DNA from: Octopus bimaculoides
Taxonomy: Eukaryota
Length of the DNA: 64,000 bases
Direction: 5' to 3'
Assembly: GCF_001194135.2 (NCBI RefSeq)
Contig: NC_068981.1
Coordinates: forward strand, 79,501,923-79,565,922
In this document: piece by piece, positions 1 to 13,247 of the stretch
Layout: every line of letters starts with the position of its first letter
Position numbering within the stretch: the stretch's first letter is position 1
The notes under the pieces: generated by a model
Seen by the model: the letters and a program-made list of their open reading frames with translations, nothing else
The model's database searches: none
What the model was told of the DNA's origin: nothing
Program-made: the position numbers and the translations under genes

Positions 1-1932
1 GTTGTTATACATCACTGGTCACAATACACTTTGCATCATTTAAGCTTTTGAATGATGCTACCCTGCTGGCCAGGTAAGTAGGCCAACATCCCCTCCGATC
101 AGAAGGTTAGTTCATCACAGTGTTACCCATTTACAACAGAGTGGATCAGAGCAGTGTGAAATGGAGTATTTTGCTGAAGAACACAATGCACTGTCAGCCC
201 AGCAATTGAAACCGTGGTTTAGCAATCTGGAGTGCAACACCTTACCCACTTCACAACCACTTTATTACAGGTCCAGTTCTGTTGAATTGTATCTTGACAA
301 GTAAGCATCTTCTACTATAGCTCTGGGCCAACCATAATCTTATGAGAGAATTTGGTAGACAGAAACTGAAAGAAGTCCATCATGTGTGTGTGTGTGTGTT
401 TGTGCTTGTCTTGACATCATGTCATAGTTGTAAACAAGTGTCACTGTCATTCATTTTCAATATTCTGTGAAAAAATGTCTGACCAAGGGAAAATATTACC
501 TTCCATGGAAACAGAGGAGTGTTGGTAACAGAAAGGACAATGGCCCAAGAAAATCTGCCTCAAAAATCTTTGTCCAACCCATGCAATGGTATGAGAAAGA
601 GGATGTTAAAACGACGATGATATATCTGTATTGTAAAAGGTGACTAAAAAGTTGATATCAAAAAAGGCCTCCAAAAATTAAACTGCCTCAAAAACTCCCC
701 ATTCAATCCACACTTGCATGGAAAACCAAACATATAGACAATGAAGTATGTGCAAAGGAAGGTACTGATAAAACATGGAAAGAAAATTCAATAAACTTCT
801 AATAGAAATCTACATCAACATTTAATGTCCATTTTCCATGCTGGCATGAGTTAGATGGTTTGACAGAAACTGACTAGCCAGAACCTGCACTAGGCTTAAC
901 TGTCTGTTTTGACACAGATTTTATGGCTGGATTCCCTTCTTAATACCAACCACCTTACAGAGGGAATTGAGTGCATTTTACATGGCACCAGCACCAACAA
1001 GGTTTGTTTTGCTATGATTTATATGGCTGGATACCCTTCTAAATGCCAACCACTTTACAGTGTGGATGCTTTTTATGTGGCACCAGCACTGGCAGGGTCA
1101 CCAAGTAACACACAAAACAAAGATCCTTTGAATTACAGTTATTGTAAACCAGAACTAAAAAGTTCACACAAAAATTCCAAACTGTCATCAACCTATAAAA
1201 CATACAGAAAGCTTTCCATTAAGGAATAGCTCATATGATATATAAAGTAGTGTTGTAGGTCAATCCCAGCATGAGGAGTGGCTTTAAGTATTGAGAATGC
1301 ACAAATGTCTAGCTAGACTTAATAAAAATTACTTACAGACAGTGGAAAAGAAAAGAACAAATGCAATAATATTGCTAAAAATAATTGTTTCTGATTTAGG
1401 CATAAAGCCAGAAATTTTGAGAGGTGAGGGTTAGTCAATATGATTGAAAGAATTAAGAAGTTGACCTCCTTTACAAGATCAATGTAATCGTTATTTTACA
1501 ACTGTTTTCCATACTGGCACAGGCTAGCTGGCTCAACAGGATCTAAAGGGTTAAAGGATCCAATCTCTATATTGGGGCAGAGCTTTTTTTTTTATAGGCC
1601 AACTCCTAACTGTTTTGACAGGAGATAACAAGCTTCCAGTTGATTAAACAAATGATCCAGACAAACTTTAATGGTGCACTGGAAACAAATGATACTATTT
1701 ATGATGACATTGTTTAGAGACCAGCAAACACATAGACTTGAGAAGAACAAACCCGCTCTCAAAAGGCACACACAAATAAATTATATATATCTAAGCCATA
1801 TTAAATCTCTGAGCGAGATGTAAACAGTAGCAATATGGAATCATAACATATAATTGCCAACCAAGTGTGGTGTCCTACATGGGACAGTGCTACTGACATT
1901 TATAGCCCAAGGAAAACATCTCAATTGTATGT

Positions 1933-1972
<40 letters not shown>

Positions 1973-4900
1973 GTGGACTTCTTTCAATTTCCATCAACCA
2001 AATAAACTCACAAAGCTCTGGTCAGCTCAAATATATAGAAAACACTCGACCAAGGGGCCATGCAGTGAGACTGAACCTAGTTAAAAAGCAATCTTCTTGA
2101 ACACAGCCATGCCTGCATAGGTTAGGCAAACCTGCCACAAAACATATTGCTGTTTATCACAATCTTTCTTTATCTTATCATTAAGAGTCCTCCCGTATGT
2201 TCTACCATTAGTACCTCCCTGGTAATCATCAATACTAAGTCTTTTATGCAGGTTAAAGTTACACATTTAACAGATCATGCCTGACTCATGACTTTTCCAT
2301 CTATGCAGATCTTTCATATTCATAGTCCATGTCTAATAGCCATGTAGCAATATAGTCATTATATATGCTTTTCAGATAGAGAGAAAAATACCTCAGTTGC
2401 CAAAAGTGGTCACATCTCTTTAAAATTCTTCTACCGTTTTTTTCCAAACCATTAAAGGAGCCTCTACAGGGTCACTCAACCAACTGGAAATTTCAACCAA
2501 ATTATTTCGTATCACATCCTTGTGTCTTTGAAAAAAAAAACACATTGTATAATGTAGTACGAAATGCCTTAGATCCCAAATCTATTCAATCAGGGTTCAT
2601 TTGGGCTAAGCAAGAACCTCATCTGTTTTTACTTTCTTTCACAAGCACATACATTCAAATAATTTAACTTAAAATATGTTAGACCACCACTATATCCTGT
2701 TTGCAACCTCATAGAGACTCGCTTGATCAAGAGTAGGCAAGATCCATCCCTTGAGCAAAATCTGACCCATGAATGTAATTTGTCAGATCCACATGCAGAT
2801 ATTAAGATTGTAGTGAGACCAATTTCTATTATGGTATATTGGAGACAATCAGGCTTTTATAGGCTCAATATGTTAATCTATAAGAATTGGTCATTTTATC
2901 TATCACATGAGTTTTGAACATTGGTTGAGTCTTGTGCTGTGATTGGTTGAGTATTGTGCAGGATTTAAATTGAAGGTCCAATCACATTGCACGTAATACA
3001 TTCTCAAGCAACTAATCTGTAAGTGCTTTGGAGCCTACATTTTTCCATAAATTTGTGTGATAAATTACTTACATCAGAGGGGTGAGTAATTTTCATAAAG
3101 GCAAGTCATGCTGATTTTCCTATTGTTTTTCACCAGAGAAATATTATTATAATGAAGCACGTGTAACCAATGTTGATCAAAGCTGAATTATCTAAATGAT
3201 GGATGACAACAACCACCAGAATTTTTAATGTTTCTTACTTGATCAACAGTACCACTTTATGAAGGAATAAAGTCTCACTGTTATTTTAAAGTTCGTTTCT
3301 TTTGTTACTTCCATGAGTGAACACACAAAATATATTATACAATGGTATACAAGATTCCATAGTAAAAGCAAGGGAGACTTGTGATCCACCACTAAAAGAC
3401 AAACTACTTCTTCAACCTGTGAACAATTTTTCCTTATTCTAAATATTTCCTACAATTTCATTGATGGATCATGAACAGCTTGTTACACTGGTCAAGGGTC
3501 CTATTTTGTTCCAAACCAAATCTCAAGAAATAGAACCATTTGTTAATATGAACAAGATAATCTCTTCATGCACACACATTTCAAGTGAAATCATTCAAAT
3601 TTGTAAACAGAAACATCAACGCAATTTAACAAGAAAGGCATGCTACATATCTACTTGAAAAAGAAAATATAATCCATTCTAGGAAGGCAGATACTTTGTT
3701 AAATCTTTTGTGCTTCAACACAGAATATGTGTAAATGATTTGCAAGAAGTATTTAGGACTAATCATCTCTTTTCTATGCTCACTGTAGAATAATTTGGTA
3801 GTTAAATAGAACACAAAAGGAGCAGTTTATGTACTGATATGTATGTCATGCAATTCCTTGACATGTTTTGCAATACCAGGCTATCAAAGTAGCAATACTT
3901 GACTTGTAGAAAATATGTTCCTCCAAGTGGGAAATATCCATGAAAAAAAAAAAAAAAAAAATGAGATCATACATTTTGTAACATTTATCTTATGTCAGTA
4001 ATTATTTTAAAAATGAAACCTATCAAGAATCATCTGTAAACAAAAGTGACTGATGTTCCTTTGGATAATGTATTAGCATCAACAAGCCTGACAACCAATA
4101 TTGAAGGGCTTTCATGCAGCTAACAATATTAGGTTTCACACTGATTTATGGACTGTTTGCATTAAAATTAAGCAATTTTCTTTTTCATGATATTTAATTC
4201 ACCACCATTCAATGCACTAGGTTCATTTTTGAAGTTTTAAATATTCTTTACTGCTTTTTAATAGATTTTAGGTATGTCCTAATTAAAATAAATTTGACTC
4301 AAGTTCTTTGATTAATAATTGGCATCCTTTGGTAAAGAAACAGGATTTTCCAACATGTATCAATTATTGGTTTGATGAAAAATGTAATTAAAATGTATTC
4401 AAATTGATAATTTATATATTGCAAACTTTGTTGTGGCATTTATCTGATCAATCATGCACTGTGAGATTTCTTGTTGCAAAAACAGGTTGCTGACACCAGC
4501 TCTAGACATCATAGGATTGGCACTGAGAGAAATGTAAGATAGAATAATAAAACTTAGACTGACACAAGGCCATGCATTTCTTCAGGTAAAAAGAGTTAAT
4601 TGAATCAAGTCTCATACAAGTATTTATTTTTTCAGTCCCAGAGAAATGGAGGACAAAGTCACGTGTGGTGGAATAAAGTAACAAAAATATATACTAAAAG
4701 ATGGATTTCTAACCATTTTAATAATACCCAGTTAACTACACCTAAAGTAATAAATATAACAAAATAATATATAAACAACCTATAGGACATGATATGAAAG
4801 CATAACTTAGGTATTTTAACGTATCAAAACATCATAAATGAAAACACAGGTTTATATGTACAGCACAAATATAAACTCATTTATAAAATGTAAACAGTCA

Positions 4901-6770
4901 TTGTCAGAAATAAACATACATCCCAATAATGTTGAGTGGGAGTAAAATCTAAGGTGTAATAGTAAATTCTTAGTGAACTTAGTCTCAGAACCAATATCAA
5001 TTCCAAGTCAAATTCACTGACATAGTTATTTCTTCAGAAGCGAAATCAAACCATATAAATTTACTGCAGCAGATCCTAAATACATATTGTTGTATATTTA
5101 CATTCCAGTTTTGCTGTTATATTAATGGGCTACCTATTTTCTCTTTTGTTCTCTTATCAAATGTCAATGAATATACCATGTTACTGCATATATTAATAAA
5201 TAAATTCTGTTTTATCAACTATTTACCCACCCATTAAACATCTAGTAAACAATATCAATAAAACAACAAAAAAAACCTAACACTACAACATATTCTACAA
5301 ACTGTGTATAACTTTTTTCCAGTAATCCTCTTTCCACAAAACAACGAAAACTGGACCATTAAACCTTTGCTGTATGTTTCAAGAACTCAATGTTTTGCTG
5401 ATATGTTATTTTTCTAGATAAAAATAAAAATTTCAATGGTGTGAATTATAGGATTTTATTTGGTATTCATGCCAATCACATATACAAAGAACAGAATTCA
5501 TCCATAAATTGAAACAAAGTTGTAATCGTAGCCTGCTAACTCTTACTCTTCAACATTAATTACATTACTGTAGTTGTAATGATTTGTTAATTACACACAA
5601 AATCTGTTGTTTAGAGCAGTATTGTAGCTGATCTAATCAACCCCAGTAAGAGAAATAAAAAGTTAAAGTGCAGAAGAATGAAACTAAATACTAACAATCA
5701 TTTAGTCAACACTGTGCTTCTTTCATTCTACCACATTCAATATTCTATTAATATTCACTTCCAATATCAGCACAAGGTCACACATCATGGATTAAGGTTA
5801 AAATTGATTAAGTAATTAGATACAACAAAACATTTTGTTGGACCCTGTAATGATTCTCTCAATCAACATTAATATTATTTAAAGAGCAATGAGTGTAAGG
5901 AACTGGAAGAATCATTGGAGTGCTAGACAAAACGTTTTGCAATATTAGTGTGTCTCAAGGAAAAGATATAAGGTTCTGCTATCTATGAAACCTATGTAGC
6001 CTGGATTTTATCTATTCCATTCCCTAATCTTGGATACACACACACACACACACACATAGAGAAAGAAGATAGATGTGGATTCAAGTCCTGCAGGCAGCCT
6101 TTGACTGTCCAAAAGATTCTTTCACTCAATATTTACATGCTATTATGTGTAGCTTTGCTTCTGTATCCACCATTCCAAAAAATAATTATTTCACACACAC
6201 ACATGTATATCAAACAGAGTGATATTCATAATCTGTTGTAGTTGTCTCATCATATATGTAACTTGTCTATTTGGGTTTTATAGACTGTCCAGGTTTCAGC
6301 TCCATTCAACAGGGGAACAAACACTGGAGCAAAAGGGAATGTGAAGTGAAAAGGAATTGATCATAATCAATGGCAAACTCAAGTGAAAAACCAACCAACG
6401 TGGAGAAAACTTATGAAGTCATGCCAAAGCCATGAACAGTCATAGTTGCAACGGCTGATTACAATAGAAGGAAAAACACACACACACATTTATCATTATC
6501 GTTTTAACATCCACTTTACCATTCTTGCATGGGTCAAAGTTTAATGAGGTACCTTTGCTATACAACCAGATGCCCTTCCTGTTGCCAACCATCACCTGCT
6601 TCCAAGTAAAGTAATGTTTCCTAATGGCTGGACATGTTTGTGCAGAATTTTGGAAATGAATGACATGACAGTGACTCATCTACTACCATCATGAGATGTC
6701 ACAACAAGGAAACACAAGTATATACACACACACACTCACACTTATGCACATCTTCATTCATTCATATATA

Positions 6771-8196
6771 TTGGGTCAGCCCATAAATAATGCAGTTTTT
6801 TATACTTCTGTTATTTTTCAAAATTAAGATAAACAAACTTCTTTTTTAATCTAAAATATACTCTCCTTCATTTTCTACAATACTCTTCCAGCTATATGTT
6901 AGACTTGCAAGGCCCCTCTTCCAAAATTCACTTGTCCATGATGAAAAATACTCCTCCAGTACTGTTCTACATAGTTCATATTTTTTTTGTCCAAATGATT
7001 TTGAAGACTGTGGAATAAATGATAATCAGATAGGGCAATGCCCAGTGAATATGGTGGATGGGGCATCGTTTCCTATTCAAACTGCTCCAGCATTTGGAAT
7101 GTCATCCTCACTGTATGTAGAAGGGCATTATCCAGATGGAAGAACACCTTTTGTCTTGGAACCAAAGATGGTCGTTTTTCTTCTAGTACTGACTTAAGCC
7201 ACTCAAGCTACTCACAGTAGAGCTCCTTTGTTATCATTTGGGTTTAAAAGTTCCAAGTGGACTAAACCTTTTGTATCTCACCAAACAGATAACAACATCT
7301 TAGTGGGTGAAGACCTTCTTTAACCTGGGGTGTTGGTGTTTCTCCTTTCCCTACCTACTGTCTTCAGTGCTTGACATTTTATAGAAAGCCCATTTCTCGT
7401 CACCAGTCACTGTTCAGTCAAAAAAGGTTCAATTATTGACAGGATGTATGAACAGAACAGTTATGTAGCATTAAGTAAAGCAAGCAATATTCTTTATCTT
7501 CATTCCATTTCACAAATATTTAAAATCAATAAGCATTGCTGTTAGAGTAAACTCATTGATTAATTCAACAGATATTATAACAGAAATTGCATTTTAAACA
7601 TTAATTACTTACTGAATTACGGGACATCAAAAGTTGAGTGTAAGACAGTTGTCAGTCGTAATAAGACTGTTTAACAGATGGTTGAAAATTTTGTGGATTT
7701 AAAGTTATTACTATTGTGGCTGTTGTTTACCGTCCAAAATTGCCCTATCCGTATGACCTACAATCAATGATATTCCACGCATGCCCATACTATCTACATA
7801 GACAGCAAAGAAGAGTACACATTCACTCTCTGCATGTGATTAGACTCAGTTTCTGAGGAACCCATTGACCCAATTTGTTGACTTTTTCAATGGCACACAG
7901 GTGTCAATGAATGGTTGAATGAGCAAATCCAAGCTTGTCTGCTAATTCCTCAACAATTACAATGGGTTTTTGTTCCACCAGGGTTTGCAGCAAAATATGC
8001 TGAATATGCTCCTTTGTCACTTCCATTATAGCTTTGAAAAAATAACTGTTAAAATCGAACTGCACTCTTCAAAACTTGCACGAAGAATAAGTACAAGGTA
8101 AAATAACCACCTGCATTTATAGCAAGCTGATGCCCCCCGCTCCAACTTCTTGTTCATGCAATTGAAAAAAAATGCATTATTTATGGGATGATACAA
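6771..8196 (-). mobile_element. Degenerate mariner (DD34D-type) transposon with both TIRs
   Basis: 30-bp TIRs (TTGGGTCAGCCCATAAATAATGCAGTTTTT; 26/30 match) with TA on both flanks. Decayed translation includes MEVTKEHIQHILL, LGQWVPQKL, TVTGDEKW, FHLDNA, PHPPYS..IALSDYHLF and IVENEGEYILD*. Confidence 0.9.
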
Positions 8197-8853
8197 TACA
8201 CACACGCACACACACATTTCTTTCAGTTTCTATCAATCAAATTCAGTGATAAGGTTTTGGTCAGCTTGGGGTTATAGTTGAAGACACTTGCTCAAGGTGT
8301 CATACAGTGGGACTGAACCCAAAACCATGTGGTTGGGAAGAAAACTTCTTAACCACACAGCATCAGAGAGAGAGAGAGAAAGAGAAAGAGAAAAAGAGAG
8401 AGATGTAAGGTTAATTTGTTGGGTTTTTTTTTCATAAAAACATTTTTAGCCTCACTGTGAAATGTACACAATGGGGCTAAACTATGTTTGTAGCTTCACA
8501 ACAAGAATAAAGAAGATTGACCTGTCAGTTTTAGCATTTTTAACCATTTCATCAGATTGGTTATCCACAGGAAGACTTGATGCAGTAGGGGCATCTAGCC
8601 ATAGAATAAGTCTTATCTAACCCATTATAGCATGAAAAAGTGGATGTAAAAACAATTATAATGATTATATTTATATATTTGATACATAAACATATCACTC
8701 ATCTTTCAATAAAAATTTATAACATTTTATTTGATTTTAAAGTTTTAAATTTAAAAATTAAATCCAAGTGGCCCTGTTTATAGCTTCAAAATGAAATAAT
8801 CCATTTTTCCAAACTTCTTTTGTGATGTCATTGTTATGCTAATATTATTGCAT

Positions 8854-9545
8854 GGCAGTGAGCTGGCAGAAACGTTAGCACGCCGGGTGAAATGCTTAGC
8901 GGTATTTCGTCTGCCACTGCGTTCTGAGTTCAAATTCCGCCGAGGTCGACTTTGCCTTTCATCCTTTCGGGGTCGATAAATTAAGTACCAGTTACGCACT
9001 GGGGTCGATATAATCGACTTAATCCGTTTGTCTGTCCCCTCTGTGTGTAGCCCCTTGTGGGCAGTAAAGAAATAGGTATTTTGTCTGTCTCTACGTTCTG
9101 AGTTCAAATTCCACCGAGATCGACTTTGCCTTTCATCCTTTCGGGGTTGATTAAATAAGTACCAGTTATGCACTGGGGTAGATGTAATCAACTTCATCCC
9201 TTTGTCCCCTCTATGTTTAGCCCCCTGTGGGCAATAAAGAAATATTATTGCATGTCTTTTGTGTACTTACATGTGACTGGGTTACATGTAAGTTATATAG
9301 AAGCTACAAGGGCAGCGAGCTAGCAGAATTGTTAGCACACCAGGTGAAATGCCTAGTGGTATTTCGTCTGCCATTACATTCTGAGTTCAAATTCCGCCGA
9401 GGTTGACTTCACCTTTCATCCTTTTGGGGTCGATTAAATAAGTACTAGTTACACACTGGGGTTGATGCAATCAACTTAATCCCTCTGTCTGTCCTTGTTG
9501 TCTCCTCTATGTTTAGTCCCCCTGTGGGCAATAAAGAAATATATA
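8854..9545 (+). mobile_element. Three tandem copies of tRNA-derived SINE family A
   Basis: Head GGCAGTGAGCTGGCAGAAACGTTAGC, B-box-like GAGTTCAAATTCC, and core GTCGACTTTGCCTTTCATCCTTTCGGGGTCGATAAATTAAGTACC. Confidence 0.9.
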
Positions 9546-9823
9546 TATAGAAACCACAATAGTAGCTCACAGTTCAGTTATTTAGTTTATCTTTTTTCTT
9601 TTAACTTTTCCATGTTTCAGTCATTGGACTGCAGTTATGGTGGAGTACCACCTCAATGGATTTAGTCAAACAAACTGACACCAGCGCTTATTTTTAAACT
9701 TGGTACTTAGTCTAACAGTCTCTTTCTCTGAACCAAAATGACAGGGACATAGACAAATCAACACTGGTCCATAAAGCAGTGGGACACATGCACATACACA
9801 AAGTTATCTAAATTAAAACTTTT

Positions 9824-10125
9824 GTGGAGGCACAATGGCCCAGTGGTTAGGGCAGCGGACTCGTGGCTGGAGGATCGTAGTTTTGATTCCCAGACCAGGC
9901 GTTGTGTGTGTTTATTGAGCAAAAACATCTAAGCTCCATGAGGCTCCAGTAGGGGGTGGTGGCGACCCCTGTTGTACTCTTTCGCCCCAGCTTTCTCTCA
10001 CTCTTTCTTCCTGTTTCTTGAGTAACGCTGCGATGGACTGGCGTCCCATCCAGCTGGTGGGGAACACATATGCCACAGAAACCAGGCCCATGAGCCTGGC
10101 TAGGCTTTAAAAAGGGTGCATAATA
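9824..10125 (+). mobile_element. SINE family C, tail type 1
   Basis: Head GTGGAGGCACAATGGCCCAGTGGTTAGGGCAGCGGACTC and tail GATGGACTGGCGTCCCATCCAG...GAGCCTGGCTAGGC. Confidence 0.85.
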
Positions 10126-11428
10126 ATAAGAATAAATTAAAACTTTACACCAAAATTTCATGCTAATTTATGTTCCAAAAACCAGCTTAAAAAAGTGACA
10201 AAAGTTATACTAAGTTTTTTATTATTTTTGAAACTAATTGAAATAAAAGCAGTGTATTTCATCAGAAATATAATAACAAAAGATCAACTTGGTTTTAATT
10301 TTTGATCCTACAGCAAAAATGCAAAATTTTCTGTATACTTTAAAATATTTGTTTTCATGTAAGGAAGATATAATGGCCACACAAAAAAGGTTTGGTAAAA
10401 GTAAAACACAAGAATTTGAAATAATAGGAATCTGTGGTGACATCATAATTGCTGAAAAGTTCAGATTCTTGTTATAAAATCCTAATTTGACTGAATCTAT
10501 TCAAGGTTATTCACAAAAATCATGTGAAATAGCTCATTTTCTGCAATTTTGATAAAACTGGAACAAAATGACAGAGTGTTTTAAATGAGATTCACAGACA
10601 CCATGCAATCATCTGGGTATTATTGTGTGAAAGCATAAAAAAAACCCTTCCATCAGATGATCCGAAACTTAATGCACGCATTGAATTCATTCAACAGCTT
10701 GAAGTAATTTCTAAATTTCAGATAGTTGAAACAGAGAAAAAAAAAAAGAAAAAAAAATGAGAATGATGTTGATAATTTCACTGTCACAAGTTGATAGAAG
10801 CAAGTACAAAACCTGATTATAAATGTCACTTTTGTGGACATGAAAACATCAAAATACTCTGCATTTATTAAAACTTGCTTTAAGTGTGGGAAAACAAATC
10901 ATTTAACCCTTAAGTATTCAGATTATTGTTAAATGTATCATCATCATCATCATTTAATGTTCATTTCCCATGCTTGGATAGTTTGGATGGTTTGACTGAA
11001 ACCAATAAGCTGGGGAGCTGCACCAAGTTTCAATATGATTTGGCAAGGTTTCTATAGCTGGATGCCCTTCCTAACACTAACTACTCCGAGAAGTGTAGTG
11101 GGTGCTTTTTATGTGCCATTGGCACAGGTGCCAGTTACATAACATAAGCTTGACAGGTCTTCCCAAGCATGGTACATTGCTTAAGGTCTCTGTCACTTGT
11201 CACTGTCTCCGTAAGACCCAACATTTGAACAGTGCTTTTTATGTGCCAGTTACGCAACACTGACATCGACCACGACTATGATTTCACTTGGCTTGATGGG
11301 TCTTCTCAAACACAGCATATTGCTCAACATTTGAAGAGAGCTTTTTACTTGCCAGCTATGCGACACTGGCAAATGTAAAGTTTGTTTATTCACATTGTTT
11401 TGAATAAATCATGCATTTATTTACGTCA

Positions 11429-11570
11429 TTTACATTTGATGGATATTTGTCCTCATCTTGTTTGTTGTTAACACATTTCGGCTGATATACTCTCCAGCCA
11501 GGAGAGTATATCAGCCGAAACGTTGTGATAACAACAAACAAGATGAGGACAAATATTCATCAAATGTAAA
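11429..11570. repeat. 142-bp near-perfect palindrome, probable collapsed inverted Penelope-like terminal repeat
   Basis: Arms of 67 and 70 bp differ by a few mismatches and one small indel, around a 5-nt loop (AGCCA, 11496-11500). The right arm contains CAGCC-GAAA-CGTTG. Confidence 0.75.
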
Positions 11571-12559
11571 TAATGTACATAATTCCTCATCTCTCAAATG
11601 TAGAACTGTATAAATCATGCATTATCTCACAGCTTTGAGATTTCGATGATGTGATCATTTAATTTTAGAATTGCATTGTAAGGTAGTAGTGTGAGGCCAG
11701 ATCTGGTCAGTTTGAACATAAAACAGGTAGAATACTCAGACTAAATGTGGTCAGTTTTAAATGCTAAAGATAGAATGTAAGTCTACAAAAGACTTCCTCA
11801 TTCTCTTTAGTTAACATAAAATGTCAACTTTTATGGATATAAGTAAGAACCATCGGTGTATTAAGTTTGTATGTATGTACTGGTGAAAATTACATACCAA
11901 GATAAGGTCATAAAATGGTTGGAATTATAAGACATGATGATCCAATCAAAGCAATTCTGTGCATGGAATTTCAATTGCTCTTGGGTCATAGGCCAATGGA
12001 ATATATATTTTGCAAAAATTATGATTTATCAAAAACTTATATGTGCACATATTTTAAGAGGGGCCTTACAAATGTTGGAATTTGATTATGAAATATGTAA
12101 TGAAATCTCAAATACCACATACTGATATATTTTTACGGTTGGAATGTATTTGTAATGTTGGTTTAGATTGATATAATCCTCATGAGGATGATTCTTTTAT
12201 CTATCTTGTAGAAACTGATATTATATCAATTTCAAATTTTGGCACAAGGTCAGCAATTTCAGGGGAGTGGTAAGTTGATTACTTTGACCCCAGTGCTCAA
12301 CTGGTACTTATTTTATCGACTCAGAAAGGATGAAAGGCGAAGTCAACTTTGGCAAAATTTGCACTTAGAACATAAAGATGAATGAAATGCTGCCAAGCAT
12401 CTTGCCTGGCATGGTAACAATTCTGCCAGCTTGCAGATGTTATAAATATTGAAAATATACAGCTGAAGACTGCTAATAATAATATTTTATTTGGTATATT
12501 AAAGAGGATTATCAATTGCTGAGGCATATTAAAATAGCACGTCTGATTCATTTACGTAT

Positions 12560-13247
12560 GGATATGTGGCAGAAATAACGACAATGGACCACACCCCCTT
12601 TGGAATTTTTTTTTTTTTCACAGGATCCCACTATATCGAGGGCGNNNNNNNNNNNNNNNNNNNNNNNNNNNNNNNNNNNNNNNNNNNNNNNNNNNNNNNN
12701 NNNNNNNNNNNNNNNNNNNNNNNNNNNNNNNNNNNNNNNNNNNNNNNNNNNNNNNNNNNNNNNNNNNNNNNNNNNNNNNNNNNNNNNNNNNNNNNNNNNN
12801 NNNNNNNNNNNNNNNNNNNNNNNNNNNNNNNNNNNNNNNNNNNNNNNNNNNNNNNNNNNNNNNNNNNNNNNNNNNNNNNNNNNNNNNNNNNNNNNNNNNN
12901 NNNNNNNNNNNNNNNNNNNNNNNNNNNNNNNNNNNNNNNNNNNNNNNNNNNNNNNNNNNNNNNNNNNNNNNNNNNNNNNNNNNNNNNNNNNNNNNNNNNN
13001 NNNNNNNNNNNNNNNNNNNNNNNNNNNNNNNNNNNNNNNNNNNNNNNNNNNNNNNNNNNNNNNNNNNNNNNNNNNNNNNNNNNNNNNNNNNNNNNNNNNN
13101 NNNNNNNNNNNNNNNNNNNNNNNNNNNNNNNNNNNNNNNNNTTTGCAGATTCGGAATCTCCGCACTCGATATAGTGGGTTCCTGTAAAAAAGAAAAAAAC
13201 CTCCCAAAGAGGGCGCGGTCCAATGTCTTTACCTCCGTCACATATCC
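12560..13247. mobile_element. Long-TIR (foldback) element spanning an assembly gap
   Basis: 12560-12644 is the reverse complement of about 13160-13247 (GGATATGTG...ACAGGA(T/A)CCCACTATATCGAG(G/T)GCG). No TSD resolved. Confidence 0.8.

Noticed and set aside
2786-2803. DPHADI, resembling the arginase DAHADI motif
   Set aside because: Wrong strand (plus), no surrounding arginase similarity, no splice context.
5300-5362. Minus-strand RGLLEK and NGP resembling arginase exon 2
   Set aside because: The two motifs are in different frames and lack usable splice sites.
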